Origin: Eledone cirrhosa
Taxonomy: Eukaryota
NCBI GenBank assembly: GCA_964016885.1
Contig: OZ024742.1
Coordinates: 45,632,001-45,696,000, forward strand
Direction of reading: 5' to 3'
Length of the DNA: 64,000 nt
This document shows positions 1-13,800 of this stretch, in pieces (positions within the stretch are counted from its first letter, which is position 1; every line of letters begins with the position of its first letter). A program made the translations under genes and the position numbers. The notes below the pieces were generated by a model, which saw only the letters and a program-made list of their open reading frames with translations, searched no databases and had not been told where the DNA came from.

Positions 1-410
1 TTGCTCTCAACTGTGGTTGCCCCTCAGTGTCAAACTAATTGCAGAACTCGAAGCAATCCAATGGAACTACACCTAGAAGATTGCCTCAATGAAGGCGATG
101 AGATACTGGGAGAGGTTGAAAGAACTAAAGTTCTACTCTCTGGAATGAAGAAAGGAGAAATACACATATGGAAGGACTAGCACCAAACTTTGGCATTGAG
201 AGCTGGACCAACCCTCGAACAGGACACTATTGTGTCATGCTAAATGTCCCATCCTTCACATCTAGAGTAAACAACCAGATACTGCAATACTGGGGTTCAA
301 AGGACACTAGCTCTTTAATAAGCTGCCAAAAAACCTGAGAGATCTAGATAGAAACATCTTGACATTCTGCTCACCAAGATCCCAGAGGAGCCCACAGCAT
401 GAGATGAAGT
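1..410 (+). mobile_element. Degenerate 3' fragment of a CR1-like LINE ORF2 (post-RT C-terminal region)
   Basis: Frame 2 reads CSQLWLPLSVKLIAELEAIQWNYT*KIASMKAMRYWERLKELKFYSLE*RKEKY. After frameshifts it continues LFNKLPKNLRDL...KHLDILLTKIPEEP. This matches the CR1-group pattern LExxQRxxTKxI...SYxERLxxLxLxSLExRR...FKxxLDxxL. Stops and frameshifts indicate a dead copy. Confidence 0.7.
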
Positions 411-420
411 ACAAATATGG

Positions 421-696
421 GCAACAGCGAAACTCTGACATCAATGGCCAACCAAGGAAGGTTGGCTATAGAAAGTGTGCCCAAGCATGGGCTCAGCTAG
501 TGGCTGGAGCAGCAACAGCAAAACTCTGACATCAATGACCAACCAAGGAAGGTTGGCTATAGAAAGTGTACTCCAGTATGGCCTCAGCTAGTTGACTGGA
601 ACAGCAGCAGTGAAACTCTGACATCAATGGCCAACCAAGGAAGGCTGGCTATAGAAAGTGGTACCCCAGCATGGCTGGAACAGGTAAAAGAGTAAA
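421..696 (+). repeat. Three tandem ~91-92 bp imperfect repeats, probably the triplicated 3' UTR/tail of the CR1-like LINE
   Basis: Unit GCAACAGCGAAACTCTGACATCAATGGCCAACCAAGGAAGGTTGGCTATAGAAAGTG... starts at 421, 512 and 604. The third copy ends GGTACCCCAGCATGGCTGGAACAGGTAAAAGAGTAAA. Confidence 0.85.
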
Positions 697-799
697 TACT
701 GTTTGTAATCTTTGTTTGTCAGTGTGCATGTGTGTAAATGTGTCTGTGTAAAAATACAAATTGAATTAACACTGATATTTTGATATTAAATGTTTTCAG

Positions 800-976
800 A
801 ATTGATCATTGGAATAACGAACTGGAAAAACTTGTGATTCTCACTGACGATTCTCTGCTGATTTTCAAGTTCAATTTCATCACCCAGAAAGTTCTTTTGT
901 ATAAAAGAGTTTACTTATATATCATCGACACATTGAAGATTGGCGATTTTGTTTATCCAAATTTCTCCATGATGCC
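800..976 (+). CDS. TPRG1L: Internal coding exon (177 bp, phase 2-2) of a tumor protein p63-regulated gene 1-like (TPRG1/TPRG1L, Mover; hSac2-type domain) gene
   Basis: Acceptor tgttttcAG at 798-799 and donor CC|GTAAGT at 977. Translation IDHWNNELEKLVILTDDSLLIFKFNFITQKVLLYKRVYLYIIDTLKIGDFVYPNFSMMP resembles the TPRG1L segment [26 protein letters not shown]...VDTISYGEFQFP (recalled, not searched). Confidence 0.85.
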
Positions 977-1385
977 GTAAGTATTAAAGAAATGCTCTCT
1001 ATCTTTATAGTTTAAACCTTTCATTATCATTAAAGTCCCAGTAATGTACTGGGTTATTGCTGGCCTTGTGCATAAAGTAGAAACAATTATCATATTTCTA
1101 ATGAAAGGCTCCAAGAATTTGAATGGATTCAGTAATGTAACAAACTACTCATTAAGTTGATGTTCAGAACATAACTTAACACAGGTTCTTACATAAAATT
1201 ATGATAGTTTTATAAAACATAAATAAGTTTTTAAAAAGTATGTTATGCAATATTTAAATACCTTTTGGCATCTTTTATTTTAAGGAAAATGGGCAATACA
1301 ATAGATGCCAATAGGTGCCTTATGTATAGATTTGAGCACAGTACAGACCGGGCTAGTATATATACTTATCATATGTTGTTTTAGC

Positions 1386-1427
1386 TCTCTCTCTCTCTTT
1401 ATATATATATATATATACACACACACA
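1386..1427. repeat. Compound microsatellite (CT)n(TA)n(CA)n
   Basis: Directly visible. Confidence 0.9.
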
Positions 1428-1615
1428 TCACTTCCCCTCACCATATCTCTTCCCCCTCCCCCATTTTCTTTCTCTATCTCTCTCTTACTCCTCCCTTTGT
1501 TATATATTTACCTGTTTATGTCTCTCTACATCATCAATTATGTATATCTGCTGTCTGAGCAACAAATGCTGGAAATTAGAGCTGCTAATTCCTCCTAATA
1601 GCTTCTCTACATACC

Positions 1616-1672
1616 TGTTGTTGTTCTTGTTAATGCTGGTAGTGGTGGTGGTGTTATTAGTGATGGTGGTGT
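1616..1672. repeat. Degenerate (GTT/GGT)n trinucleotide tract
   Basis: gttgttgttcttgttaatgctggtagtggtggtggtgttattagtgatggtggtg. Confidence 0.7.
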
Positions 1673-1736
1673 TAGCAAACTAGAATGAAAAGCATTGCAG
1701 CCATGACCATCATGTTTTTTAGGAGTACGCAGTAGG

Positions 1737-1896
1737 GAGACATTATTGTATGTGCTCTTCCATGTGATTTGTGTTAAAGTAGACCCCACCCCAATATTGT
1801 CTATGTATTAAATAGACTATTCAATGTGTTCTTCTGTGTAATCTGAGGGAAAGTAGAGCGCCCCCCCCCCCCCCCCCCCCTAAAAAAAAATAAAAA
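1737..1896 (+). repeat. About two diverged monomers of the 75-bp satellite, ending in a C20 run and A-runs
   Basis: tgtgctcttccatgtgatttgtgttaaagtagaccccaccccaatattgtctatgtattaaatagac aligns to the monomer with many substitutions. C20 spans 1861-1880, followed by two A-runs. Confidence 0.8.
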
Positions 1897-4800
1897 AAAC
1901 ATTGACTATATATTAACTAGACACTACTCAGTGTGCTCTTCCATGAGTTTTGATGGAGAGTAGACCCTCCCAAACATTGACTATATATTAACTAGACACT
2001 ACTGAGTGTGCTCTTCCATGAGTTTTGATGGAAAGTAGACCCTCCCAAACATTGACTATATATTAACTAGACGCTACTCAGTGTGCTCTTCCATGAGTTT
2101 TGATGGAGAGTAGACCCTCCCAAACATTGACTATATATTAACTAGACACTACTCAGTGTGCTCTTCCATGAGTTTTGATGGAAAGTAGACCCTCCCAAAC
2201 ATTGACTATATATTAACTAGAAACTACTCAGTGTGCTCTTCCATGAGTTTTGATGGAAAGTAGACCATCCCAAACATTGACTATATATTAACTAGACACT
2301 ACTGTGTGCTCTTCCATGAGTTTTGATGGAGAGTAGACCCTCCCAAACATTGACTATATATTAACTAGACACTACACAGTGTGCTCTTCCATGAGTTTTG
2401 ATGGAAAGTAGACCCTCCCAAACATTGATAATATATTAACTACACACTACTCAGTGTGCTCTTCCATCAGTTTTGAGGGAAAGTAGACCCTCCCAAACAT
2501 TGACTATATATTAACTAGACACTACTGTGTGCTCTTCCATGAGTTTTGATGGAGAGTAGACCCTCCCAAACATTGACTATATATTAACTAGACACTACTC
2601 AGTGTGCTCTTCCATGAGTTTTGATGGAAAGTAGACCCTCCCAAACATTGACTATATATTAACTAGACACTACACAGTGTGCTCTTCCATGAGTTTTGAT
2701 GGAAAGTAGACCCTCTCTAACATTGACTATATATTAACTAGACACTACTCAGTGTGCTCTTCCATGAGTTTTGATGGAAAGTACACCCTCCCAAACATTG
2801 ACTATATATTAACTAGACACTACTCAGTGTGCTCTTCCATGAGTTTTGATGGAAAGTAGACCCTCCCAAACATTGACTGTATATTAACTAGACACTACTG
2901 AGTGTGCTCTTATATGAGTTTTGATGGAAAGTAGACCCTCCCAAACATTGACTATATATTAACTAGACACTATTCAGTGTGCTCTTCCATGAGTTTTGAT
3001 GGAAAGTAGACCCTCCCAAACATTGACTATATATTAACTAGACACTACCGAGTGTGCTCTTCCATGAGTTTTGATGGAAAGTAGACCATCCCAAACATTG
3101 ACTATATATTAACTAGACACTACTCAGTGTGCTCTTCCATGAGTTTTGATGGAAAGTAGATCCTCCCAAACATTGACTATGTATTAAGTAGACACTACTC
3201 AGTGTGCTCTTCCATGAGTTTTGAGGGAAAGTAGATCCTCCCAAACATTGACTATATATTAACTAGACACTACTCAGTGTGCTCTTCCATGAGTTTTGAT
3301 GGAAAGTAGACCCTCCCAAACATTGACTATATATTAACTAGACACTACTCAGTGTGCTCTTCCATGAGTTTTGATGGAAAGTACACCCTCCCAAACATTG
3401 ACTATATATTACCTAGACACTACTCAGTGTGCTCTTCCATGAGTTTTGATGGAAAGTAGACCCTCCCAAACATTGACTATATATTAACTAGACACTATTC
3501 AGTGTGCTCTTCCATGAGTTTTGAGGGAAAGTAGAACCTCCTAAACATTGACTATATATTAACTAGACACTAATCAGTGTGCTCTTCCATGAGTTTTGAT
3601 GGAAAGTAGACCCTCCCAAACATTGACTATATATTAACTAGACACTACTCAGTGTGCTCTTTTATGAGTTTTGATGGAAAGTAGACCCTCCCAAACATTG
3701 ACTATATATTAACTAGACACTACTCAGTGTGCTCTTTTATGAGTTTTGATGGAAAGTAGACCCTCCCAAACATTGACTATGTATTAAGTAGACACTACTC
3801 AGTGTGCTCTTCCATGAGTTTTGAGGGAAAGTAGATCCTCCCAAACATTGACTATATATTAACTAGACAGTACTCAGTGTGGTTTTCCATGAGTTTTGAT
3901 GGAAAGTAGACCCTCCCAAACATTGACTATATATTAACTAGACACTACTCAGTGTGCTCTTCCATGAGTTTTGATGGAAAGTACACCCTCCCAAACATTG
4001 ACTATATATTAACTAGACACTACTCAGTGTGCTCTTCCATGAGTTTTGATGGAAAGTAGACCCTCCCAAACATTGACTGTATATTAACTAGACACTACTG
4101 AGTGTGCTCTTATGTGAGTTTTGATGGAAAGTAGACCCTCCCAAACATTGACTATATATTAACTAGACACTCCTCAGTGTGCTCTTCCATGAGCTTTGAG
4201 GGAAAGTAGACCCTCCCAAACATTGACTATATATTAACTAGACACTCCTCAGTGTGTTCTTTTAAGAGTTTTGATGGAAAGTAGACCCTCTCAAACATTG
4301 ACTATATATTAACTAGACACTACTCAGTGTGCTCTTTTATGTGTTTTGATGGAAAGTAGACCCTCCCAAACATTGACTATATATTAACTAGACACTACTC
4401 AGTGTGCTCTTCCATGAGTTTTGCTGGAAAGTAGACCCTCCCAAACATTGACTATATATTAAGTAGACACTACTCAGTGTGCTCTTCCATGAGTTTTGAT
4501 GGAAAGTAGACCCTCCCAAACATTGACAATATATTAACTACACACTACTCAGTGTGCTCTTCCATGAGTTTTGAGGGAAAGTAGACCCTCCCAAACATTG
4601 ACTATATATTAACTAGAAACTAATCAGTGTGCTCTTCCATGAGTTTTGATGGAAAGTAGACCCTCCCAAACATTGACTATATATTAACTAGACACTACTC
4701 AGTGTGCTCTTTTATGACTTTTGATGGAAAGTAGACCCTCCCAAACATTGACTATATATTAACTAGACAGTACACAGTGTTCTCTTCCATGAGCTTTGAT

Positions 4801-7800
4801 GGAAAGTAGAACCTCCCAAACATTGATTATACATTAACTAGACACTACTCAGTGTGCACTTCCATCAGTTTTGATGGAAAGTAGACCCTCCCAAACATTG
4901 ACTATATATTAACTAGACACTACTCAGTGAGCTCTTCCATGAGTTTTGATGGAAAGTAGACCCTCCCTAACATTGACTATATATTAACTAGACACTACTC
5001 GGTGTGCTCTTCCATGAGTTTGATGGAAAGTAGACCCTCCCAAACATTGACTATATATTAACTAGACACTACTCAGTGTGCTCTTCCATGAGTTTTGATG
5101 GAAAGTAGACCCTCCCAAGCATTGACTATATATTAACTAGACACTACTCAGTGTGCTCTTTTATGAGTTTTGATGGAAAGTAGACCCTCCCAAACATTGT
5201 CTATATATTAACTAGACACTACTCAGTATGCTCTTCCATGAGTTTTGATGGAAAGTATACCCTCCCAAACATTGACTATATATTAACTGGACACTACTCA
5301 GTGTGCTCTTCCATGAGTTTTGATGGAAAGTAGACCCTCCCAAACATTGACTATATATTAATGAGACACTATTCAGTATGCTCTTCCATGAGCTTTGAGG
5401 GAAAGTAGACCCTCCCAAACATTGACTATATATTAACGAGACACTATTCAGTATGCTCTTCCATGAGCTTTGAGGGAAAGTAGACCCTCCCAAACATTGA
5501 CTATATATTAACTACACACTACTCAGTATGCTCTTCCATGAGTTTTGATGGAAAGTAGATCCTCCCAAACATTGACTATATATTAACTAGACACTACTCA
5601 GTGTGCTCTTTTATGAGTTTTGATGGAAAGTAGACCCTCCCAAACATTAACTATATATTAACTAGACACTACTCAGTGTGCTCTTTTATGAGTTTTGATG
5701 GAAAGTAGACCCTCCCAAACATTGACTATATATTAACTAGACACTACATAGTGTTCTCTTCCATGAGCTTTGATGGAAAGTAGAACCTCCCAAACATTGA
5801 TTATATATTAACTAGACACTACTCAGTGTGCACTTCCATCAGTTTTGATGGAAAGTAGACCCTCCCAAACATTGACTATATATTAACTAGACACTACTCA
5901 GTGTGCTCTTCCATAAGTTTTGATGGAAAGTAGACCCTCCCAAACATTGACTAGATATTAACTAGACACTACCCAGTGTACTCTTCCATGAGTTTTGATG
6001 GAAAGTAGACCCTCCCAAACATTGATTATATATTAACTAGACACTACTCAGTGAGCTCTTCCATGAGTTTTGATGGAAAGTAGACCCTCCCAAACATTGA
6101 CTATATATTAACTAGACACTACTCAGTGTGCTCTTTTATGAGTTTTGATGGAAAGTAGACCCTCCCAAACATTGTCTATATATTAACTAGACACTACTCA
6201 GTGTGCTCTTTTATGAGTTTTGATGGAAAGTAGACCCTCCCAAACATTGACTATATATTAACTAGACACTACTCAGTGTGCTCTTTTGTGAGTTTTGATG
6301 GAAAGTAGACCCTCCCAAACATTGACTATATATTAACTAGACACTACTCAGTGTGCTCTTCCATGAGTTTTGATGGAAAGTATACCCTCCCAAACATTGA
6401 CTATATATTAACTGGACACTACTCAGTGTGCTCTTCCATGAGTTTTGATGGAAAGTAGACCCTCCCAAACATTGACTATATATTAATGAGACACTATTCA
6501 GTATGCTCTTCCATGAGCTTTGAGGGAAAGTAGACCCTCCCAAACATTGACTATATATTAACGAGACACTATTCAGTATGCTCTTCCATGAGCTTTGAGG
6601 GAAAGTAGACCCTCCCAAACATTGACTATATATTAACTACACACTACTCAGTGTGCTCTTCCATGAGTTTTGATGGAAAGTAGACCCTCTCTAACATTGA
6701 CTATATATTAACTAGACACTACTCAGTGTGCCCTTCCATGAGTTTTGATGTAAAGTAGACCCTCCCAAACATTGACTATATATTAACTAGACACTACTCA
6801 GTGTGCTCTTCCATGAGTTTTGAAGGAAAGTAGACCCTCCCAAACATTGACTATATATTAACTAGACACTACTCAGTGTGCTCTTCCATGAGTTTTGATG
6901 GATAGTAGACCCTCCCAAACATTGACTATATATTAACTAAACACTACTCAGTGTGCTCTTCCATGAATTTTGATGGAGAGTAGACTCTCCCAAACATTGA
7001 CTATATATTAACGAGACACTACTCAGTGTGCACTTCCATGAGCTTTGAGGGAAAGTAGACCCTCCCAAACATTGACTATATATTTACTAGATACTACTTA
7101 GTGTGCTCTTCCATGAGTTTTGATGGAAAGTAGACCCTCCCAAACATTGACTATATATTAACTAGACACTACTCAGTGTGCTCTTCCATGAGTTTTGATG
7201 GAAAGTAGACCCTCCCAAACATTGACTTTATATTAACTAGACACTCCTCAGTGTGTTCTTTTATGAGTTTTGATGGAAAGTAGACCCTCCCAAACGTTGA
7301 CTATATATTAACGAGACACTACTCAGTATGCTCTTCCATGAGCTTTGAGGGAAAGTAGACCCTCCCAAACATTGACTATATATTAACGAGACACTACTCA
7401 GTATGCTCTTCCATGAGCTTTGAGGGAAAGTAGACCCTCCCAAACATTGACTATATATTAACTAAACACTATTCAGTGTGCTCTTCCATGAATTTTGATG
7501 GAGAGTAGACCCTCCCAAACATTGACTATATATTAACTAGACACTACTCAGTATGCTCTTACATAAGTTTTGAGGCAAAGTAGACCCTCTCTAACATTGA
7601 CTATATATTAACTAGACACTACTCAGTGTGCTCTTCCATGAGTTTTGATGGAAAGTAGACCCTCCCAAACATTGACTATATATTAACTAGACACTACTCA
7701 GTGTGCTCTTCCATGAGTTTTGATGGAAAGTAGACCCTCCCAAACATTGACTATATATTAATGAGACACTATTCAGTATGCTCTTCCATGAGCTTTGAGG

Positions 7801-10800
7801 GAAAGTAGACCCTCCCAAACATTGACTATATATTAACTAGACACTACTCAGTGTGCTCTTCCATGAGTTTTGATGGAAAGTAGACCCTCTCTAACATTGA
7901 CTATATATTAACTAGACACTACTCAGTGTCTTCTTTTGAGTTTTGAGGGAAAGTAGATCCTCCCAAACATTGACTATATATTAACTGGACACTACTCAGT
8001 GTGCTCTTCCATGAGTTTTGATGGAAAGTAGACCCTCCCAAACATTGATTATATATTAACTAGACACTACTCAGTGAGCTCTTCCATGAGTTTTGATGGA
8101 AAGTAGACCCTCCCAAACATTGACTATATATTAACTAGACACTACTCAGTGTGCTCTTTTATGAGTTTTGATGGAAAGTAGACCCTCCCAAACATTGTCT
8201 ATATATTAACTAGACACTACTCAGTGTGCTCTTTTATGAGTTTTGATGGAAAGTAGACCCTCCCAAACATTGACTATATATTAACTAGACACTACTCAGT
8301 GTGCTCTTTTGTGAGTTTTGATGGAAAGTAGACCCTCCCAAACATTGACTATATATTAACTAGACACTACTCAGTGTGCTCTTCCATGAGTTTTGATGGA
8401 AAGTATACCCTCCCAAACATTGACTATATATTAACTGGACACTACTCAGTGTGCTCTTCCATGAGTTTTGATGGAAAGTAGACCCTCCCAAACATTGACT
8501 ATATATTAATGAGACACTATTCAGTATGCTCTTCCATGAGCTTTGAGGGAAAGTAGACCCTCCCAAACATTGACTATATATTAACGAGACACTATTCAGT
8601 ATGCTCTTCCATGAGCTTTGAGGGAAAGTAGACCCTCCCAAACATTGACTATATATTAACTACACACTACTCAGTGTGCTCTTCCATGAGTTTTGATGGA
8701 AAGTAGACCCTCTCTAACATTGACTATATATTAACTAGACACTACTCAGTGTGCCCTTCCATGAGTTTTGATGTAAAGTAGACCCTCCCAAACATTGACT
8801 ATATATTAACTAGACACTACTCAGTGTGCTCTTCCATGAGTTTTGAGGGAAAGTAGACCCTCCCAAACATTGACTATATATTAACTAGACACTACTCAGT
8901 TTGCTCTTTTATGAGTTTTGATGGAAAGTAGACCCTCCCAAACATTGACTATATATTAACTAGACACTACTCAGTGTGCTCTTTTATGAGTTTTGATGGA
9001 AAGTAGACCCTCCCAAACATTAACTATATATTAACTAGACACTACTCAGTGTGCTCTTTTATGAGTTTTGATGGAAAGTAGACCCTCCCAAACATTGACT
9101 ATATATTAACTAGACACTACTCAGTGTGCACTTCCATCAGTTTTGATGGAAAGTAGACCCTCCCAAACATTGACTATATATTAACTAGACACTACTCAGT
9201 GTGCTCTTCCATAAGTTTTGATGGAAAGTAGACCCTCCCAAACATTGACTAGATATTAACTAGACACTACCCAGTGTACTCTTCCATGAGTTTTGATGGA
9301 AAGTAGACCCTCCCAAACATTGATTATATATTAACTAGACACTACTCAGTGAGCTCTTCCATGAGTTTTGATGGAAAGTAGACCCTCCCAAACATTGACT
9401 ATATATTAACTAGACACTACTCAGTGTGCTCTTTTATGAGTTTTGATGGAAAGTAGACCCTCCCAAACATTGTCTATATATTAACTAGACACTACTCAGT
9501 GTGCTCTTTTATGAGTTTTGATGGAAAGTAGACCCTCCCAAACATTGACTATATATTAACTAGACACTACTCAGTGTGCTCTTTTGTGAGTTTTGATGGA
9601 AAGTAGACCCTCCCAAACATTGACTATATATTAACTAGACACTACTCAGTGTGCTCTTCCATGAGTTTTGATGGAAAGTATACCCTCCCAAACATTGACT
9701 ATATATTAACTGGACACTACTCAGTGTGCTCTTCCATGAGTTTTGATGGAAAGTAGACCCTCCCAAACATTGACTATATATTAATGAGACACTATTCAGT
9801 ATGCTCTTCCATGAGCTTTGAGGGAAAGTAGACCCTCCCAAACATTGACTATATATTAACGAGACACTATTCAGTATGCTCTTCCATGAGCTTTGAGGGA
9901 AAGTAGACCCTCCCAAACATTGACTATATATTAACTACACACTACTCAGTGTGCTCTTCCATGAGTTTTGATGGAAAGTAGACCCTCTCTAACATTGACT
10001 ATATATTAACTAGACACTACTCAGTGTGCCCTTCCATGAGTTTTGATGTAAAGTAGACCCTCCCAAACATTGACTATATATTAACTAGACACTACTCAGT
10101 GTGCTCTTCCATGAGTTTTGAAGGAAAGTAGACCCTCCCAAACATTGACTATATATTAACTAGACACTACTCAGTGTGCTCTTCCATGAGTTTTGATGGA
10201 TAGTAGACCCTCCCAAACATTGACTATATATTAACTAAACACTACTCAGTGTGCTCTTCCATGAATTTTGATGGAGAGTAGACTCTCCCAAACATTGACT
10301 ATATATTAACGAGACACTACTCAGTGTGCACTTCCATGAGCTTTGAGGGAAAGTAGACCCTCCCAAACATTGACTATATATTTACTAGATACTACTTAGT
10401 GTGCTCTTCCATGAGTTTTGATGGAAAGTAGACCCTCCCAAACATTGACTATATATTAACTAGACACTACTCAGTGTGCTCTTCCATGAGTTTTGATGGA
10501 AAGTAGACCCTCCCAAACATTGACTTTATATTAACTAGACACTCCTCAGTGTGTTCTTTTATGAGTTTTGATGGAAAGTAGACCCTCCCAAACGTTGACT
10601 ATATATTAACGAGACACTACTCAGTATGCTCTTCCATGAGCTTTGAGGGAAAGTAGACCCTCCCAAACATTGACTATATATTAACGAGACACTACTCAGT
10701 ATGCTCTTCCATGAGCTTTGAGGGAAAGTAGACCCTCCCAAACATTGACTATATATTAACTAAACACTATTCAGTGTGCTCTTCCATGAATTTTGATGGA

Positions 10801-13800
10801 GAGTAGACCCTCCCAAACATTGACTATATATTAACTAGACACTACTCAGTATGCTCTTACATAAGTTTTGAGGCAAAGTAGACCCTCTCTAACATTGACT
10901 ATATATTAACTAGACACTACTCAGTGTGCTCTTCCATGAGTTTTGATGGAAAGTAGACCCTCCCAAACATTGACTATATATTAACTAAACACTACTCAGT
11001 GTGCTCTTCCATGAGTTTTGATGGAAAGTAGACCCTCCCAAACATTGACTATATATTAACTAAACACTACTCAGTGTGCTCTTCCATGAGTTTTGATGGA
11101 AAGTAGACCCTCCCAAACATTGACTATATATTAACTAGACACTACTCAGTGTGCTCTTCCATGAGTTTTGATGGAAAGTAGACCCTCCCAAACATTGACT
11201 ATATATTAATGAGACACTATTCAGTATGCTCTTCCATGAGCTTTGAGGGAAAGTAGACCCTCCCAAACATTGACTATATATTAACTAGACACTACTCAGT
11301 GTGCTCTTCCATGAGTTTTGATGGAAAGTAGACCCTCTCTAACATTGACTATATATTAACTAGACACTACTCAGTGTCTTCTTTTGAGTTTTGAGGGAAA
11401 GTAGATCCTCCCAAACATTGATTATATATTAACTAGACACTACTCAGTGAGCTCTTCCATGAGTTTTGATGGAAAGTAGACCCTCCCAAACATTGACTAT
11501 ATATTAACTAGACACTACTCAGTGTGCTCTTTTATGAGTTTTGATGGAAAGTAGACCCTCCCAAACATTGTCTATATATTAACTAGACACTACTCAGTGT
11601 GCTCTTTTATGAGTTTTGATGGAAAGTAGACCCTCCCAAACATTGACTATATATTAACTAGACACTACTCAGTGTGCTCTTTTGTGAGTTTTGATGGAAA
11701 GTAGACCCTCCCAAACATTGACTATATATTAACTAGACACTACTCAGTGTGCTCTTCCATGAGTTTTGATGGAAAGTATACCCTCCCAAACATTGACTAT
11801 ATATTAACTGGACACTACTCAGTGTGCTCTTCCATGAGTTTTGATGGAAAGTAGACCCTCCCAAACATTGACTATATATTAATGAGACACTATTCAGTAT
11901 GCTCTTCCATGAGCTTTGAGGGAAAGTAGACCCTCCCAAACATTGACTATATATTAACGAGACACTATTCAGTATGCTCTTCCATGAGCTTTGAGGGAAA
12001 GTAGACCCTCCCAAACATTGACTATATATTAACTACACACTACTCAGTGTGCTCTTCCATGAGTTTTGATGGAAAGTAGACCCTCTCTAACATTGACTAT
12101 ATATTAACTAGACACTACTCAGTGTGCCCTTCCATGAGTTTTGATGTAAAGTAGACCCTCCCAAACATTGACTATATATTAACTAGACACTACTCAGTGT
12201 GCTCTTCCATGAGTTTTGAAGGAAAGTAGACCCTCCCAAACATTGACTATATATTAACTAGACACTACTCAGTGTGCTCTTCCATGAGTTTTGATGGATA
12301 GTAGACCCTCCCAAACATTGACTATATATTAACTAAACACTACTCAGTGTGCTCTTCCATGAATTTTGATGGAGAGTAGACTCTCCCAAACATTGACTAT
12401 ATATTAACGAGACACTACTCAGTGTGCACTTCCATGAGCTTTGAGGGAAAGTAGACCCTCCCAAACATTGACTATATATTTACTAGATACTACTTAGTGT
12501 GCTCTTCCATGAGTTTTGATGGAAAGTAGACCCTCCCAAACATTGACTATATATTAACTAGACACTACTCAGTGTGCTCTTCCATGAGTTTTGATGGAAA
12601 GTAGACCCTCCCAAACATTGACTTTATATTAACTAGACACTCCTCAGTGTGTTCTTTTATGAGTTTTGATGGAAAGTAGACCCTCCCAAACGTTGACTAT
12701 ATATTAACGAGACACTACTCAGTATGCTCTTCCATGAGCTTTGAGGGAAAGTAGACCCTCCCAAAGATTGACTATATATTAACGAGACACTACTCAGTAT
12801 GCTCTTCCATGAGCTTTGAGGGAAAGTAGACCCTCCCAAACATTGACTATATATTAACTAAACACTATTCAGTGTGCTCTTCCATGAATTTTGATGGAGA
12901 GTAGACCCTCCCAAACATTGACTATATATTAACTAGACACTACTCAGTATGCTCTTACATAAGTTTTGAGGCAAAGTAGACCCTCTCTAACATTGACTAT
13001 ATATTAACTAGACACTACTCAGTGTGCTCTTCCATGAGTTTTGATGGAAAGTATACCCTCCCAAACATTGACTATATATTAACTGGACACTACTCAGTGT
13101 GCTCTTCCATGAGTTTTGATGGAAAGTAGACCCTCCCAAACATTGACTATATATTAACTAGACACTACTCAGTGTGCTCTTCCATGAGTTTTGATGGAAA
13201 GTAGACCCTCCCAAACATTGACTATATATTAATGAGACACTATTCAGTATGCTCTTCCATGAGCTTTGAGGGAAAGTAGACCCTCCCAAACATTGACTAT
13301 ATATTAACTAGACACTACTCAGTGTGCTCTTCCATGAGTTTTGATGGAAAGTAGACCCTCTCTAACATTGACTATATATTAACTAGACACTACTCAGTGT
13401 CTTCTTTTGAGTTTTGAGGGAAAGTAGATCCTCCCAAACATTGACTATATATTAACTAGACACTACTCAGTGTGCTCTTCCATGAGTTTTGATGGAAAGT
13501 AGACCCTCCCAAACATTGACTGTATATTAACTAGACACTACTGAGTGTGCTCTTATATGAGTTTTGATGGAAAGTAGACCCTCCCAAACATTGACTATAT
13601 ATTAACTAGACACTCCTCAGTGTGCTCTTCCATGAGCTTTGAGGGAAAGTAGACCCTCCCAAACATTGACTATATATTAACTAGACACTACTCAGTGTGC
13701 TCTTCCATGAGTTTTGATGGAAAGTAGACCCTCCCAAACATTGACTATATATTAAGTAGACACTACTCAGTGTGCTCTTCCATGAGTTTTGATGGAAAGT

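Noticed and set aside
780-980. Stand-alone 66-aa gene as given in the ORF track
   Set aside because: The start is a TTG inside the acceptor region and the stop overlaps the GTAAGT donor. It is better explained as internal exon 800-976.
1305-1789. ORFs 1305-1598 (+) and 1607-1789 (-)
   Set aside because: They are low-complexity, microsatellite or degenerate satellite sequence with no recognisable protein features.
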